Shown here one piece after another: positions 39,043-50,650 of a stretch of 64,000 nucleotides of DNA. Each line of letters opens with the position of its first letter. Positions within the stretch are counted from its first letter, which is position 1. This DNA is from Camelus ferus (Eukaryota): contig NC_045721.1 of the NCBI RefSeq assembly GCF_009834535.1, positions 23,622,001 through 23,686,000 on the forward strand, given 5' to 3'. Position numbers and translations under genes: made by a program. The notes below the pieces were generated by a model. It was not told the origin of the DNA. It made no database searches and saw nothing but the letters and a program-made list of their open reading frames with translations.

Positions 39043-42005
39043 GGGTGAGGGGTTTATAGAGAAGGCAGATGTGGCTTTGTGTCAGTCAGCAGCTCCTAGG
39101 GCCAGTGGAGTGTCTTTGTTTAGGTGATGAGGACATTTTAATACCCCAGTAAGGATATCCAGGGACACAGGTGTCCCATGAGAGCAGATGGGCTCAGAGG
39201 ACAGAGAGTCCTTCCTATTTTGGGTGCTCAGTTCCCCAGAACAAAGGCAGTGGGCAGTTTGGAATGGAAATGACCATCAAATGGGAACATAAGCTGCTGT
39301 TACATTGGCAATAGATTGGAAGTTTATCGACAACAGTCCCCCAGTTTCAGTTAAAGTGATTTAGGCTGGGATGATAAACCCACTGGTTTAAAGAGTGACA
39401 GGGCGTTTTGTCTGTGAACCCTCCCCAGACTCAGGTAATGCCAGTCACAGTCGGTCAGCCTGTCCTGTTCTGAACTCCCACGGGTCTCCCATCAGCTTAC
39501 AGAACTTGCCACGGTGTGTGTCGATTGCTCACTAAAATGGAGCTTCCGTCCCATAAGCTGAGAAAGAAAGTGAGCTGTTTGTTCATTTCCTCTCGGCATC
39601 TCCTTTTCTGGTGGAAAAGCACAGGAGAGTGAAGTATCCACCTGTGGGTGTGCAGCCGAGGCTTTGGGTCTGAGTTCTGCCTCTTGATTCTGCGGCTCGC
39701 TGGCGGTGAGGGACAAGAGCAGTGGACCACCTTGAATCTCAGGCGCTCCTCCGATCAGTGATCAGATATTATCGTGCGGGAGACTTGATGGGAAAACTTG
39801 TTTTAAAAATTCATTTTCTTAGCTTGGGAGTTCCCAAGACAAAAGCATTAGAGTGGGCACTGAGCTCTGATTTTATAATATTTTAGGTGATTGGAATCAA
39901 CTTGGTTCTGGAAACACTGACCTGGATGATGTCCAGGGTACTTCCAGCTCCAGTATCGTAGTGTTCCAAGTTCTCTCGTAAATCTCAGTGTGACCTTATA
40001 CTTGGTCTCCGTGATGGAACAGCTCACGTGATGTGTGTGTGTGTGCGCGCGCGCTTGTGTGCACTCATGCACCTACGTGCAGCATGGAAAGCGAAAACTA
40101 GTCCTTATTCTATACAAAGTCCAATCCCCAAGTTGTAAGTAAACCTTAGGTGACTGCCAGGATTAGCGGCTGAGGATGACGAGGCCATAACCTAACACAG
40201 TGTTAGTGAGGGGAGAGGCAGGGTAATAACTGAAATACCATTTTCAGGTATTAATGAGGAGTTTATGTAGACGGGCTTAAGGAGCAAATTGTGTGGTTTC
40301 GGAGGCAAAGTAAGCATTCCTGTGTGAACTATTTTTAACCTGAGTGTCTGAGTAAAGGACAATATTGACCAAGATGTAGAAAATTAAATGAAGATCAGTT
40401 TTGGAAAGAAAGTAATACATTCAAATACAGTCAGGCTCCTTCTGAGTTTCCTGTCAGAAATCCGTCTAGAGGAGACCAGCAGCCTAATAAACTCTAGCGA
40501 GAAGCTAGAGCTGGAAATGCAGAGGGGGGTTGTGATCAGACAGGCTCCGCTCAGGTAACAGAAGCCACACTGGGTATTGTACACAAGGAATTTCGTGCAA
40601 GGAATTGAATTACTGGAAGGTTGAAAAGGCTCAGGAGTTCGCAAGTACAGGATGGAGTTACCACCTCCAGGCCCAGAGGAGCAGAAGGAAAGCGGAGCTG
40701 TCAGGGGCCAGTGCTGGGCATGCTGGGTCTGGCTGCTTGCAGCCGAGGCTGCACCTGAGGGGACGGGGCATGGTGCAGCTGGGGCTCGGACCTCCGGGTC
40801 GGGTGCATTCCGCATGAATGAAGCCTAACGTTTTAAGGAAGGAGCGCTCTCTAACTGGGCTCAAACAAATGAGGTGCAGCGAGTTTTAAGACTTTGAAGA
40901 GGAGACGTGGCCAGACAGGTGTGTGGGCAGCCAAGGTGCACAGCAAGCAGCTCAGAGCCCAGCTAGTCCTCTTACTGCCGAGGGAGAAGAGCCTGGATGC
41001 TGCTGGTTCCTTTAGGGACACTTGTGAGGCTGCTGAGAAAGTCAAAAGAAGATGGAGCCAGAGGGATCTGGCGAAGGGTCCACTTCTTTTGCAGCTAGTT
41101 TCAACTTCTTGCTCAATCTAACTGCTTACTTGAGCTGCTAAAAAATGTTCCGTCTTTAGGGTTGGCCCTGTTGCTCTCTGCTCACCCAGCACGGTTTTCT
41201 GTGGACGTGCTGAGAACACAAGACCAAAAACCACAAGTCTGACGAAAGGGGTAACCAAGCCCCTGAGTGTATGGCCATGGGCTTGGGTGTCCTCACCTGC
41301 ACTGAGCGTGTTGAGTTAAGCGATCTCTGGGGACCTTGCTGCTTGCATGGGCCACGAGCTGATCAACTCTCACTCCGAGTGGCCGGAATGAAGATGCTAC
41401 TCACCCAACAGCCAGCGTGAATTTAGACAGAGTCCAGTTTCTTTGTGGAACTCGACGTGCTAGGTCAGACAGGGAACAGGAGACATTCTACACAATTCCT
41501 GCCTATAAAGGAGAGCGAGGAGGAGGGTGGGACAGTGGTCCTGCTGGGGCAGCCACAGCTAGTGTCCAGCAGGGAGTCCAGTTACCATGTGGCTGAATCT
41601 CCTCACATTGTAAGTAGAATCTCCTGACATTTGGTAAGAACGGCCCCAGGTCACACGTCTGTTTGAGGCCAGGACTATAAGGTTAGAATGCAGTTCATTA
41701 GACTCGCACTCCAGCCTTTCCACTCCACCTGTTTTATTTATTAATTCATTCACTTTATCCATCAGTAAATTAATTAATAAGCCCTATACCAGGAATGGGG
41801 GATGCAAAATAAACAAGTTATAGAGCCTTCCCTCAGAAAGCTCATAGCCTAGAAAGGGGACTTTCTGCGGCATCAGAAGCTGGACTGCCAACTTCAGAGA
41901 ATCCAGAATTTGGAGGCCCAGGAGAGAAGACCCAGAGAGGACTGCTGCCCTGAGAGCCCAGCCGGCGTCCCCACCTCCTCCCTGTGTGTAGTCGCGGCTT
42001 AGCTT

Positions 42006-44917
42006 TTAATTATTCTCTCTTTTTTTGCAGCAAAATGGTGTCAGTTCAGCTCGGCAGCCTCCAATCTTATCTTCAAAGGAAAGGCATTCGACTTCGCAGC
42101 GACCATCCATTCTCTGACAGTGTAGTTGTCTTTGAAATCCTCCTCTGGCTAAGTGAAGAAAACAGTCGGTCTTCAGTTATCCAGTACTGAATTACTGGAA
42201 GGCAAAATTCCACCACTCAGGCCAAGCCAGAACTCCACACTACCGAATCTCATGGCGACACAGAGTGTAAGTGTAGACAGCAGAAAAGCAGATGTGACCT
42301 GAACAGCTGTGTCTGAGCTCGGATCCCTGGTTCAGTATATACAGGGTGCTTCCTTTGTACTCAAGTAGAAAAACCAAGAAAGGGTTCCCTCTGCTATAAT
42401 CTTTGTTGGACATAGAGAAACAGTGTTTCTTCCTGGGGCGGGGGGAGACAATATCCTTTCTAATTCCAATAAGCAGTCTTTTGCAATAAAAGATTTTTTT
42501 CCTATCTCCAAAATAATAGTCTCTTGTATATAACAAAAGGTACAGAGTGTGCTATTTACAGTGGAGGCAGGGCAATGGCAGCCGTGTGCCTTGGGCATGT
42601 GGTTGTGGAGTGTCACAGTTTGGGGGTAAAGCTTCAGTATTTTCTTTGGTATTAAAAGAAGCACAGTACGAACCTGCTCTGCCAGTGACGTCTGCAGAAT
42701 AACGTGTTTAGCTCTGACAAGCCGTGTGAGAGAGGCATAGACACTGTGCATTCATTCAGGACAAAGAAACTAAGCTGAAGAGAGTAAAATACTTTAAGAG
42801 ACAATGACTAGGGAAAATGGTGATGTGTATTCCCTGGAGAAATCATAGGAAGAACTGGCAGTTGCTCTCAAAAGGTGTAATACTTATTCTCAGAGAGAAC
42901 GGCTCTGGGGCGGGGAATGTGTGCACATTAGCCGTCGTCTGTCTCAGACACTACCACACTGAAGGCTCATTAATGCCCAAGGTGGGGCTAATCAGTGGGG
43001 AAAAAATCACAGGCACTGAGATTTCTGCTCGGAGTAAAGGGAAACATTTTAAACAGTCCAAAGTTGAACGCAGGATACTGTGAGTAACAGATCACTGAAA
43101 TTTATCCAGCATCAGGGCAATCAATCAACATCTTCAGGGAAAAAAAAAAGATCAGTCTTCAGAAAAAGCCCTATTATTATTTCCATTTATTGGAAATAAG
43201 TTGAAACCCAGAGTTCATACATCTTACAAGGTTTGAAACTGAGGTTCAGCCTCAGATATTTTGGCATAATAGTCTGTTCATTTCCTCTTTTATTGATCAT
43301 GAAACTCACTTCCAGCACTGAGAGTGTCTGTGGTTGTGGTGGTGGTGGTCCTAACGTGTGTCCACTCTGTGCTGCTTACTGAGTCAGATGGGCCTGAGCT
43401 GAGTTTTGGGGACAGGGAGCCCCTAAGTATCTGCTTCCCTACATTGGTTTGAATCACTTGGAGTCCTGATGAAAGGAGATGGAGAGGACAGATAAAATTT
43501 CTTTCTCTACTCTGGATCCATTGTCTGACCTCCCAGGAAACAGACTGAGGGCAAAAGTTATTTTACAAGAGAGGCTGTGAAACACGAGGGCAGTATTCCT
43601 CAGGTCTGTTCCTTCTTTCTATTCCTGCCTGTTTTCAAAAGTGCAATGGAAATGACCACCTCCCAGGAAGTCCTTCTTGTTCCCCCAGTTAGAACCGAAC
43701 TTCTATTTCCATGGCTTCTCTTATTTTTCACCTTCATCGCACGTATGAGAACTGTTTTGTATCATAGTTCTTTGTCCATCTGTCTGTCTCATCCATTCAC
43801 TATATACACTTTAAATTATCAAGTGCCTGTTTATTATTATAGGCAACCTATTTTTGACCAACACAGAAATAAAAGACTAATAAACTTTAAGCAAATTAAG
43901 AGCAAAGACCATGATCTAATGTTCACCTCCACTTTACCTCCCTTTATTATAGGATGTTTATATATAATTATATTATATATCATTACATTCCAGAACAATT
44001 TCTCGTTAAGTGATAAGCACACATTCAATAGCTATTGACCGGCTAGCCTTCTGCAGCCAGATTGTGTAATAAATAAGTGTAGAAATTCAGAAACCATAAG
44101 GAAGAAATAGACAGGATACCTCATGGTGCATGGACAGTCCCATCGGGAAAGGCTTCATAACAGGAGGAATGAAGGATAGTTGAGGAGGGAATGGAGGTAA
44201 AAGTTTATTAGAGATGGGTTCTTGGCTGAATTGAGCAAAGACAGCCCAGTTCAAAGGACTTAAAAGAAAACTAATCAAGATGTTAATGTTTGAAGTGATG
44301 TGATTTTCCAGCAGTATATGAGAGCTAGAAAGTCCAAGATCATCTAAGGTTAAGAGATTCATGAGATTCATTTAAGAGATTCATTTACCAATTAGTGGGA
44401 CATGAAAAAATAGACTGGTAAGAACCTGTTATTGTAAGTTTGATTTCATTTAGGCTGTAAAGGCTGTTCTTCTCTGAATTAGCAAGTGTCGTCTGCCTCT
44501 TGAGATTTTTTTCTCATTTTAAAACAATCATTTTGTCATACACTGAAGCTGGGTCAAAGATTACAGAATGAGGAAACAGATCTAAATGAAAAGGGAAATC
44601 TGAACCTGTTGGTAGAGCTTTTAGGGAAATTAACTAGATATTCTTCTGGTTGGAGGTGGTCTGGATCAGGGTGGTCCCATTAATATGTGTCCAAACTTAG
44701 GAAAAGATTTCCTGTAACTAGTTTGTTTCTGAGACCTTTTTAGGACATAGGACTGAATCAAGTACTTTTCTGAAAGATGAGCTTTCTTCTCAAAAGACAG
44801 ACCCTGAATAGATTTTGCCTCAAAAGACATCCTTATATCTATCAAGATTTCTCTCTTACCTGAGAAGATTTGAGCAAGAAGGATGATGGCAGCAAGAATA
44901 AAGGAAAAGATTTTCAT
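42006..44917 (-). CDS. DEFB107: Beta-defensin 107, 2 exons, 66 aa
   Basis: Exon 1 44917-44860 (MKIFSFILAAIILLAQIFS+G, gtaag donor); exon 2 42148-42006 (ARGGFQRQLHCQRMDGRCEVECLSFEDKIGGCRAELTPFCCKKRENN*); matches recalled human DEFB107. Confidence 0.95.
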
Positions 44918-45819
44918 GGCTCCGGGAATCAGTGGGGAGAGGCTGAAGGAGGCACGGTCACTGGAGTCTGACTCTTATCAAGGGAAATTGATTAAAGCAA
45001 GTTCTACAGCTCTGAAAAAGCCAGGAGTTATTTTTGGTTTTTAATGCTCACTAAGAATGAATTATTTTCCATGCTCCATTGCATAGTGTGTAGGCTGATG
45101 GGTCAGATTTTACCTAAATAAACGCTGATGAGACAGTAAGGAAAATAACCCGGCTCCTTGCCTGGAATTCTCTAGTCTGCACCTCCATCCAGGCTGCTCC
45201 TGTGTTCCCTCATTTCCGTCTCAAGTACCACCACTTCCGTAACGTCCGTAACCGCCGTCTCTTCTTCTTCTCTGAGATTGTGTATGTCACTTACTCTTCT
45301 CTAAGAGTCACTCAAACATTATTGATTGGTGCCTGTATAATTGGTTTTTTAAGATTATACTCTATGACAAATTTTCATCTCCCAATTATACTGTAAGCTC
45401 CATAAAGGAAAATAACTTTCTTCTCATCTGTTTTCTTTCCGTTTATGCCCTGCAACAGTGCTTTGTAACAGTAGGTGCTCAAAATATATGTATTTGACTT
45501 ATTGATAGTTGTCCAGTTAGAGGAACCCATGAATAATCAAGCAATTAATATGGGAATAGTAATGAAATGTTCAAAGGTTTTGCATATTAAGGATAATCAT
45601 GTTATTATTAAATATGACCACATTTTGTATTTTATGGGAATAGCATTTTTTTGACAAATGTGTGTTGGACAATAAATACCATGTGTACTTATGTTAACAA
45701 GAAATTAATTAATGTTAATGGACTGGAAATTCTCATTAAAGGCAGGATTAATCATCAGGTGGATTAAGTGGGAAGATGAATCCGTGTGTTGTCTATAAAG
45801 GATGCATTTCTCCAAGAAA

Positions 45820-46780
45820 CTTTTTGTCTCTTGAGTTAATTATAAGCTCACAATAAATTGCAAAAATGGTACAGAGAGTTCTTGTGTACCCATCACTCAG
45901 CCTGTTCCCATGGTGACATCAGCCATTATGTGAATTATCAAAGGTTGGAAATAAATTGGCACAGTAAAATTAACTAGACCACAAATTATGAGGAAAGTAG
46001 TTAAAATATAAAGACAGAGAGGTTGAAAGTAAATGATGGAAAAACATAAACTATGAAAATATCAAGAGTAAGAAGGCTGGAGTGGCACTTTTGCTTCAGA
46101 TGAAATAGAATATTATCAGATGGAAAGTAGAATGTTGCATAAGGAAAATAGGAATAATTCATTAAAAAAAAGAACAAACTTTGGGTTTTATTGATTTTTT
46201 CCTATTGTTTTTCTTAGCCTTTATTTTCACTCTAATATTCATTATTTTCTTCCTTCTGCTTGCTTTGGGTTTAACTGGTTCTTCATTTTTAGCTTCTTAA
46301 GGTGAAAAATGAGTTTATTGATCTGATACCTTTCTTCTTTTTAAATATAGGCATTTACAACTGTAATTGTTTCTCTAAGCATTGGTTTAACTGTATCCCA
46401 TAAGTGTCTTTTTTTAAAAATTTCATTCACTTTAAAGTGTTTTCTAGTTTTTCATGTGATTTCTTCTTTGACTCATTATTTATTTGGGGGGGTGGTGTTT
46501 AATTTTCTCACATGTACGTCTTTCCCAAATGTCCTCTGTTATTTCCTTGTGGTTGGACGCTTGTTTTGTGGCCTAACGTGTGGCCTGTCCTGGAGGACAG
46601 TTCATGACAGCTTGAGAAAATGTGTGTTTTGCTGTTGCTGAGTGGGCTGTGCCGTCGATGGCAGTGAGGTCTGACTGGTTTACAGTGTTCTTCAAATCTT
46701 ACATTTTCTTGCTGATCTTCTTTCTTAGTTGTTCTGTCCATTTCTGGTTGATTTCTTATGAATTTCCTCAACCCCTCTCC
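45820..46780. mobile_element. Cluster of old L1 fragments in mixed orientation
   Basis: L1 3'-end-like (45820-45980), ORF2-like + strand (45990-46160) and - strand (46170-46780) pieces; boundaries approximate. Confidence 0.6.
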
Positions 46781-46799
46781 TTCCAAAGCTGCCTCCTAA

Positions 46800-48600
46800 A
46801 GCCACTTCCTGCTGGATCCCTTTCCCCTAGCAAGCCACGTTATTGGGGATTTCCCCTTTAAGGTGTTCTCAGTCCAGTCACCTTGTACGGCCTTCACTTG
46901 GTCCGTGGGAATCACGCTTATCTCCCTGCCTAATACCATCAGTGCAGTCACTCCCCTGCTGCTCTTTTCTTGTCCTGCCATCATGGGTAACTCCATCCAG
47001 AGCTCTTTCCCTGTAGACAGTTTCAGGTGTGAGTCAGGCATGAGCACCATAGGATGGCCATCCAGTTCTCCAGGTAACCTTCTTAAAGCCAACCTCATAA
47101 GGATTGGTGTGAAAACGATGTTTTCCTCACCTTTCCCTCTTGAGAGGCAGCGTGAAGTCCCAATCACAGCCCCCTAACACATTGTCCAAAGAAACCCTGT
47201 GCCCTGACATTTTTTTTTTTTTTGGTCAATCTCTTCGTGGCTTAGTACCTCGATGGGGCGTGTGGAAATTAATGATACTTAGTGTTTTATCCTCTGCCTT
47301 TGGGGAATTCAGCCCAAACTGATCAGTCTTGCTCTATAGTTATGGTCATTCCCTTTCAGTTACTGTGAGGGAATCAAGAAGAGGTAATAGATGGTTAGCA
47401 TGATAAGACCTACAATTGCTACAATTTCAAAATTAATGAAGTTAAAGTCACACTAAACAGGAGCAATATGTAGACCAACTAAAGTGGAGATTCTTCAGGA
47501 GGAATCCAGCTCCACCAGTGTCTCTTCTTGCTTTCCCTTTCCCTCTGACCCACCCATCATTCAGGAGACCGTCCCTTGCAGAAGATCCGGCAGACGCTGA
47601 TGTCAGAGATCTCCATCAGTTACCGTGGAATCAGCAGAAGCCTGTCTGAGAGAGTCATGGGCATCCACCTGACATCTGAACGGACTACATTTTCAAGTAA
47701 CAAGAAATTAGTATGAGTTGAGACTTTGTTTTTCTATAGGAAGGACTGGATGTCTCAGGATAAAGGAGCTAATTGGATGGGAAGGTTCTAGAAAAGAGCC
47801 TAGTACAGAAGAGAGAAGAGAGCAAGAAGAAGAAGGGAAATTTGTGAACAGGGGAGCATCTGTGGGAGGTGCCCTCTGGGACCACAAGCCACGTGACTCT
47901 GGATGCTAGGTGAGGGAATTGCTATGGTGATATCAGGGCAAAGCCCCTGGCCCAGTGCTCTGTGTGACGCTGTGAGACATGCACATGAGTTCCTATGAAA
48001 GAGACATCGGTTAGGGTCTAGAACATTTTCGATGTTCGGAATCAAGCAATGTGGTATTTGGAATAAGTAGGGAATATCCTGGTTTCATGATGTTCTGTAA
48101 ACCATCAGCTGCGCTCTTGGAGATCTGGGGAGAAGCATCATCCACCAAATGGTCACTCAGCTGTAGGTTCTTAAGACCAAGTCCCCCACTTACCACTTCC
48201 CTGGGTTTAATTCCTGTGAAAATGCAGGAAACATTATAGAGTTCACAAGGGTTATGTCTCAGATCTCTTTTGGAGGACAATTGATAAATCGATCTGACAG
48301 TAGAGCCAACCTAAAAGCCAAATCAGTCAGGCTCCAGGCATGAAAACAGTTCCCACACCAGATGGTTCAATAGAGAGAGAATTTAATGTGGAAAGCTGAT
48401 GAAGTGTTGGGAAAGCTGAACATGCAAATGGGAGCTAACATTATACACAGCTGGAATCCTCCACTGCCGAATGGTTGGAGGGAAAACAGGAGGCTATGGT
48501 GTGAGCCCAGGAGCAAGGACCAGCGGGCAGGAGCCGGGCGTGCAGGGGGGCTGCCGGGTGAGCAGTGAGGGTACACAAGCTTGGGCTTCATTGTTGGAGA
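46800..48600 (-). mobile_element. Decayed ERVL-like element (LTR + internal remnants)
   Basis: LTR-end-like tcagtcaggctccaggcatgaaaacag near 48320; pol RNaseH-like QVDAH remnant near 47660; integrase-tail-like open stretch 46796-47167. All weak recognitions. Confidence 0.4.
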
Positions 48601-49109
48601 TGGAGCCACTGCTGGAGCGGAAAGAGAGACTGAGGGAGGAGAGCCCCGAGGTCTCCTGTTCTCTCGTCTGCCATTCTTCTTTCTGCCAGGCACTTGCACG
48701 GACTGAAACCTGCCAGAAAAGCCAGGAAGCTCAGAGAATGTGGTTTGCAGAGAATAGTGCCCACTGTACAGAGCAGAGCAGGGAAAGGACAGGAAGTGGA
48801 TCTCAGTGCAGAAGGACACACGACACAACAGTACATTCTCACACGTTGAGCAAAATACTGTTCATTCTCACATGTTAACCCTGAGTGATTAAGTTTGAGA
48901 CACTACTCAAAGGACTGGCAATCTTGACCTTTATTTTGTGAAGCTACAAATTTTATTTCATAAGGCAAAGTTATACAGTCAACCATTTATGTATATTCCA
49001 TGCTGAGCATATGAAATTAATCTAACATTTTCATCCACTGGCAGGAAGAGACATGCAGAGCTGGTGCCCTAGACCTTAACTGAGTAAATGCTGAGATGTT
49101 TAAAAAAAA

Positions 49110-49730
49110 AATCGCGTATCCTCTGACACCTGATGTCTTTTGTCTTCTTGATGATGGCCATTCTAAGGGATGTGGGTTGGCACCTCGCTGTGGGTTTGCG
49201 TTGCATTTCCCTGGTGCATAGTGGTGTTGGGCATCTTTTCTTGAACCTGTTGGCCATTTTGATGCCATTTACAACCATATGGATGGATCGTGAGCACACT
49301 GTGCTAAGTGAGATAAGTCAGACAAAGACAAGTACTGTATGGAATCTAGTATATGTGGAATCTAAGAAAGTCAAACTTGTTAAAAAGAAAAAAAAAACAG
49401 AATAAATGATGCTTACCAGGGGACGGGAGGTAGAGGGATGAAAGTGATGTTTAAGGGAACAAACTTGCAACAGGTAGTAGATAAGCCATAGCGATCTAAC
49501 GCACAGGGTGCTGAATGCAGACAACAGCACTGTGCTGTAATCATCGAACTGGCTAAGAGACTGACATGTAATTATCCCGACGGCTAAAGAAAAAGTATAA
49601 TTGTGTATTATGATGGAGGTGCTAGATTGTCACTACAGCAGCAATCATATTATAAAATATAAATGTATCCAATTAACACGTACGTCTTAAATTTACGCAG
49701 TTTTATGTCAAATGTAGTCAATAAAAATAC
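49110..49730. mobile_element. L1 with 5' inversion (twin-priming structure)
   Basis: 49110-49260 is L1 ORF2 end in - orientation (gatggccattctaagggatgtggg..gcatttccctg), directly joined to a + orientation L1 3'-UTR ending caataaaaata. Confidence 0.65.
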
Positions 49731-50405
49731 ACCGTAAGTACTATAGTCAAGAGTGACAATATATTGGTACTCCAAGAAATGACGCGGAGAAGATAACTTC
49801 TTATACCCTGTAGAATCGTATCTCCATTGACAGACGCGGGTGCCATTTCTGTTTATCTGTTCTGTGAGAATTAGTACTTACAGATACACAGAAATGAGAG
49901 TGATGTGAACATCCTTTACTGCTGTCCAGTTATGAGCTTGAGGAATAGATATTCTCTCTAGGTCTCAATTTCTTTGAATATAAATGGGGATAATAAAATC
50001 TACCTTATAAGGTGATCTTGAGTCATATAAGAAAAGTATGGGGAAAAGATTCATAAATTGTAAGGTATTCCATACATGTAGTTACAGTATCTGATTAAGT
50101 GAGTAGCTATTAGGTAACCATTCATGACTTGATTTTTTTTTAAATTGAATTAGAGTTGATTTACAACATTATGCTAGTTTCCAGTGTACAACATAATGAT
50201 TCAATATTTTATAGATTATACTCTATTTAAAGTTATTATAAAATATTGGCTTATTCCCTATGCTGTGTGATACATCCTTGTAGCTTATTTATTTTATACA
50301 TAGTCATTGGTACCCCTTAATTCTCTACCCCTACCTTGCCCCTCCCCACTTCCCTCTGCCCACTGGCAACCTTTTTAAAGATCACCTTTAAAAATAAGCA
50401 AAGAA

Positions 50406-50514
50406 GGGGGAGGGGTAGAGCTCAGTGGCAGAGCGCGTGCTCAGCATGCACGAGGTCCTGGGGTCAATCCCCAGTGCCCCCATTAACGAAAGAGCAAACA
50501 AAAAAAGCAAAGAA
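50406..50514 (+). mobile_element. tRNA-derived SINE (vic-1-like)
   Basis: GGGGGAGGGGTAGAGCTCAGTGGCAGAGCGCGTGCTCAGCATGCACGAGGTCCTGGGGTCAATCCCCAG + A-rich tail; possible TSD AAGCAAAGAA (50396-50405 / 50505-50514). Confidence 0.85.
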
Positions 50515-50650
50515 ACAAAGCAAAGGGAGAAGGAGATGAGAATGATCCTGACACCCGCTCACTGGGTGACTTGGTTAAGCTGCATAACTTCTCTTGACCT
50601 TCCTTGAATATCCGGTCCTGCTTCTGAGGCCAGAAGAGCGCCGGTCTGGC

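Noticed and set aside
42332-42432. First strong acceptor as DEFB107 exon 2
   Set aside because: It gives GRNTVSLCPTK.. with no defensin motif; the true exon is 42148-42006.
46796-47177. 123-aa and 104-aa ORFs as genes
   Set aside because: Better explained as decayed retroviral internal sequence.
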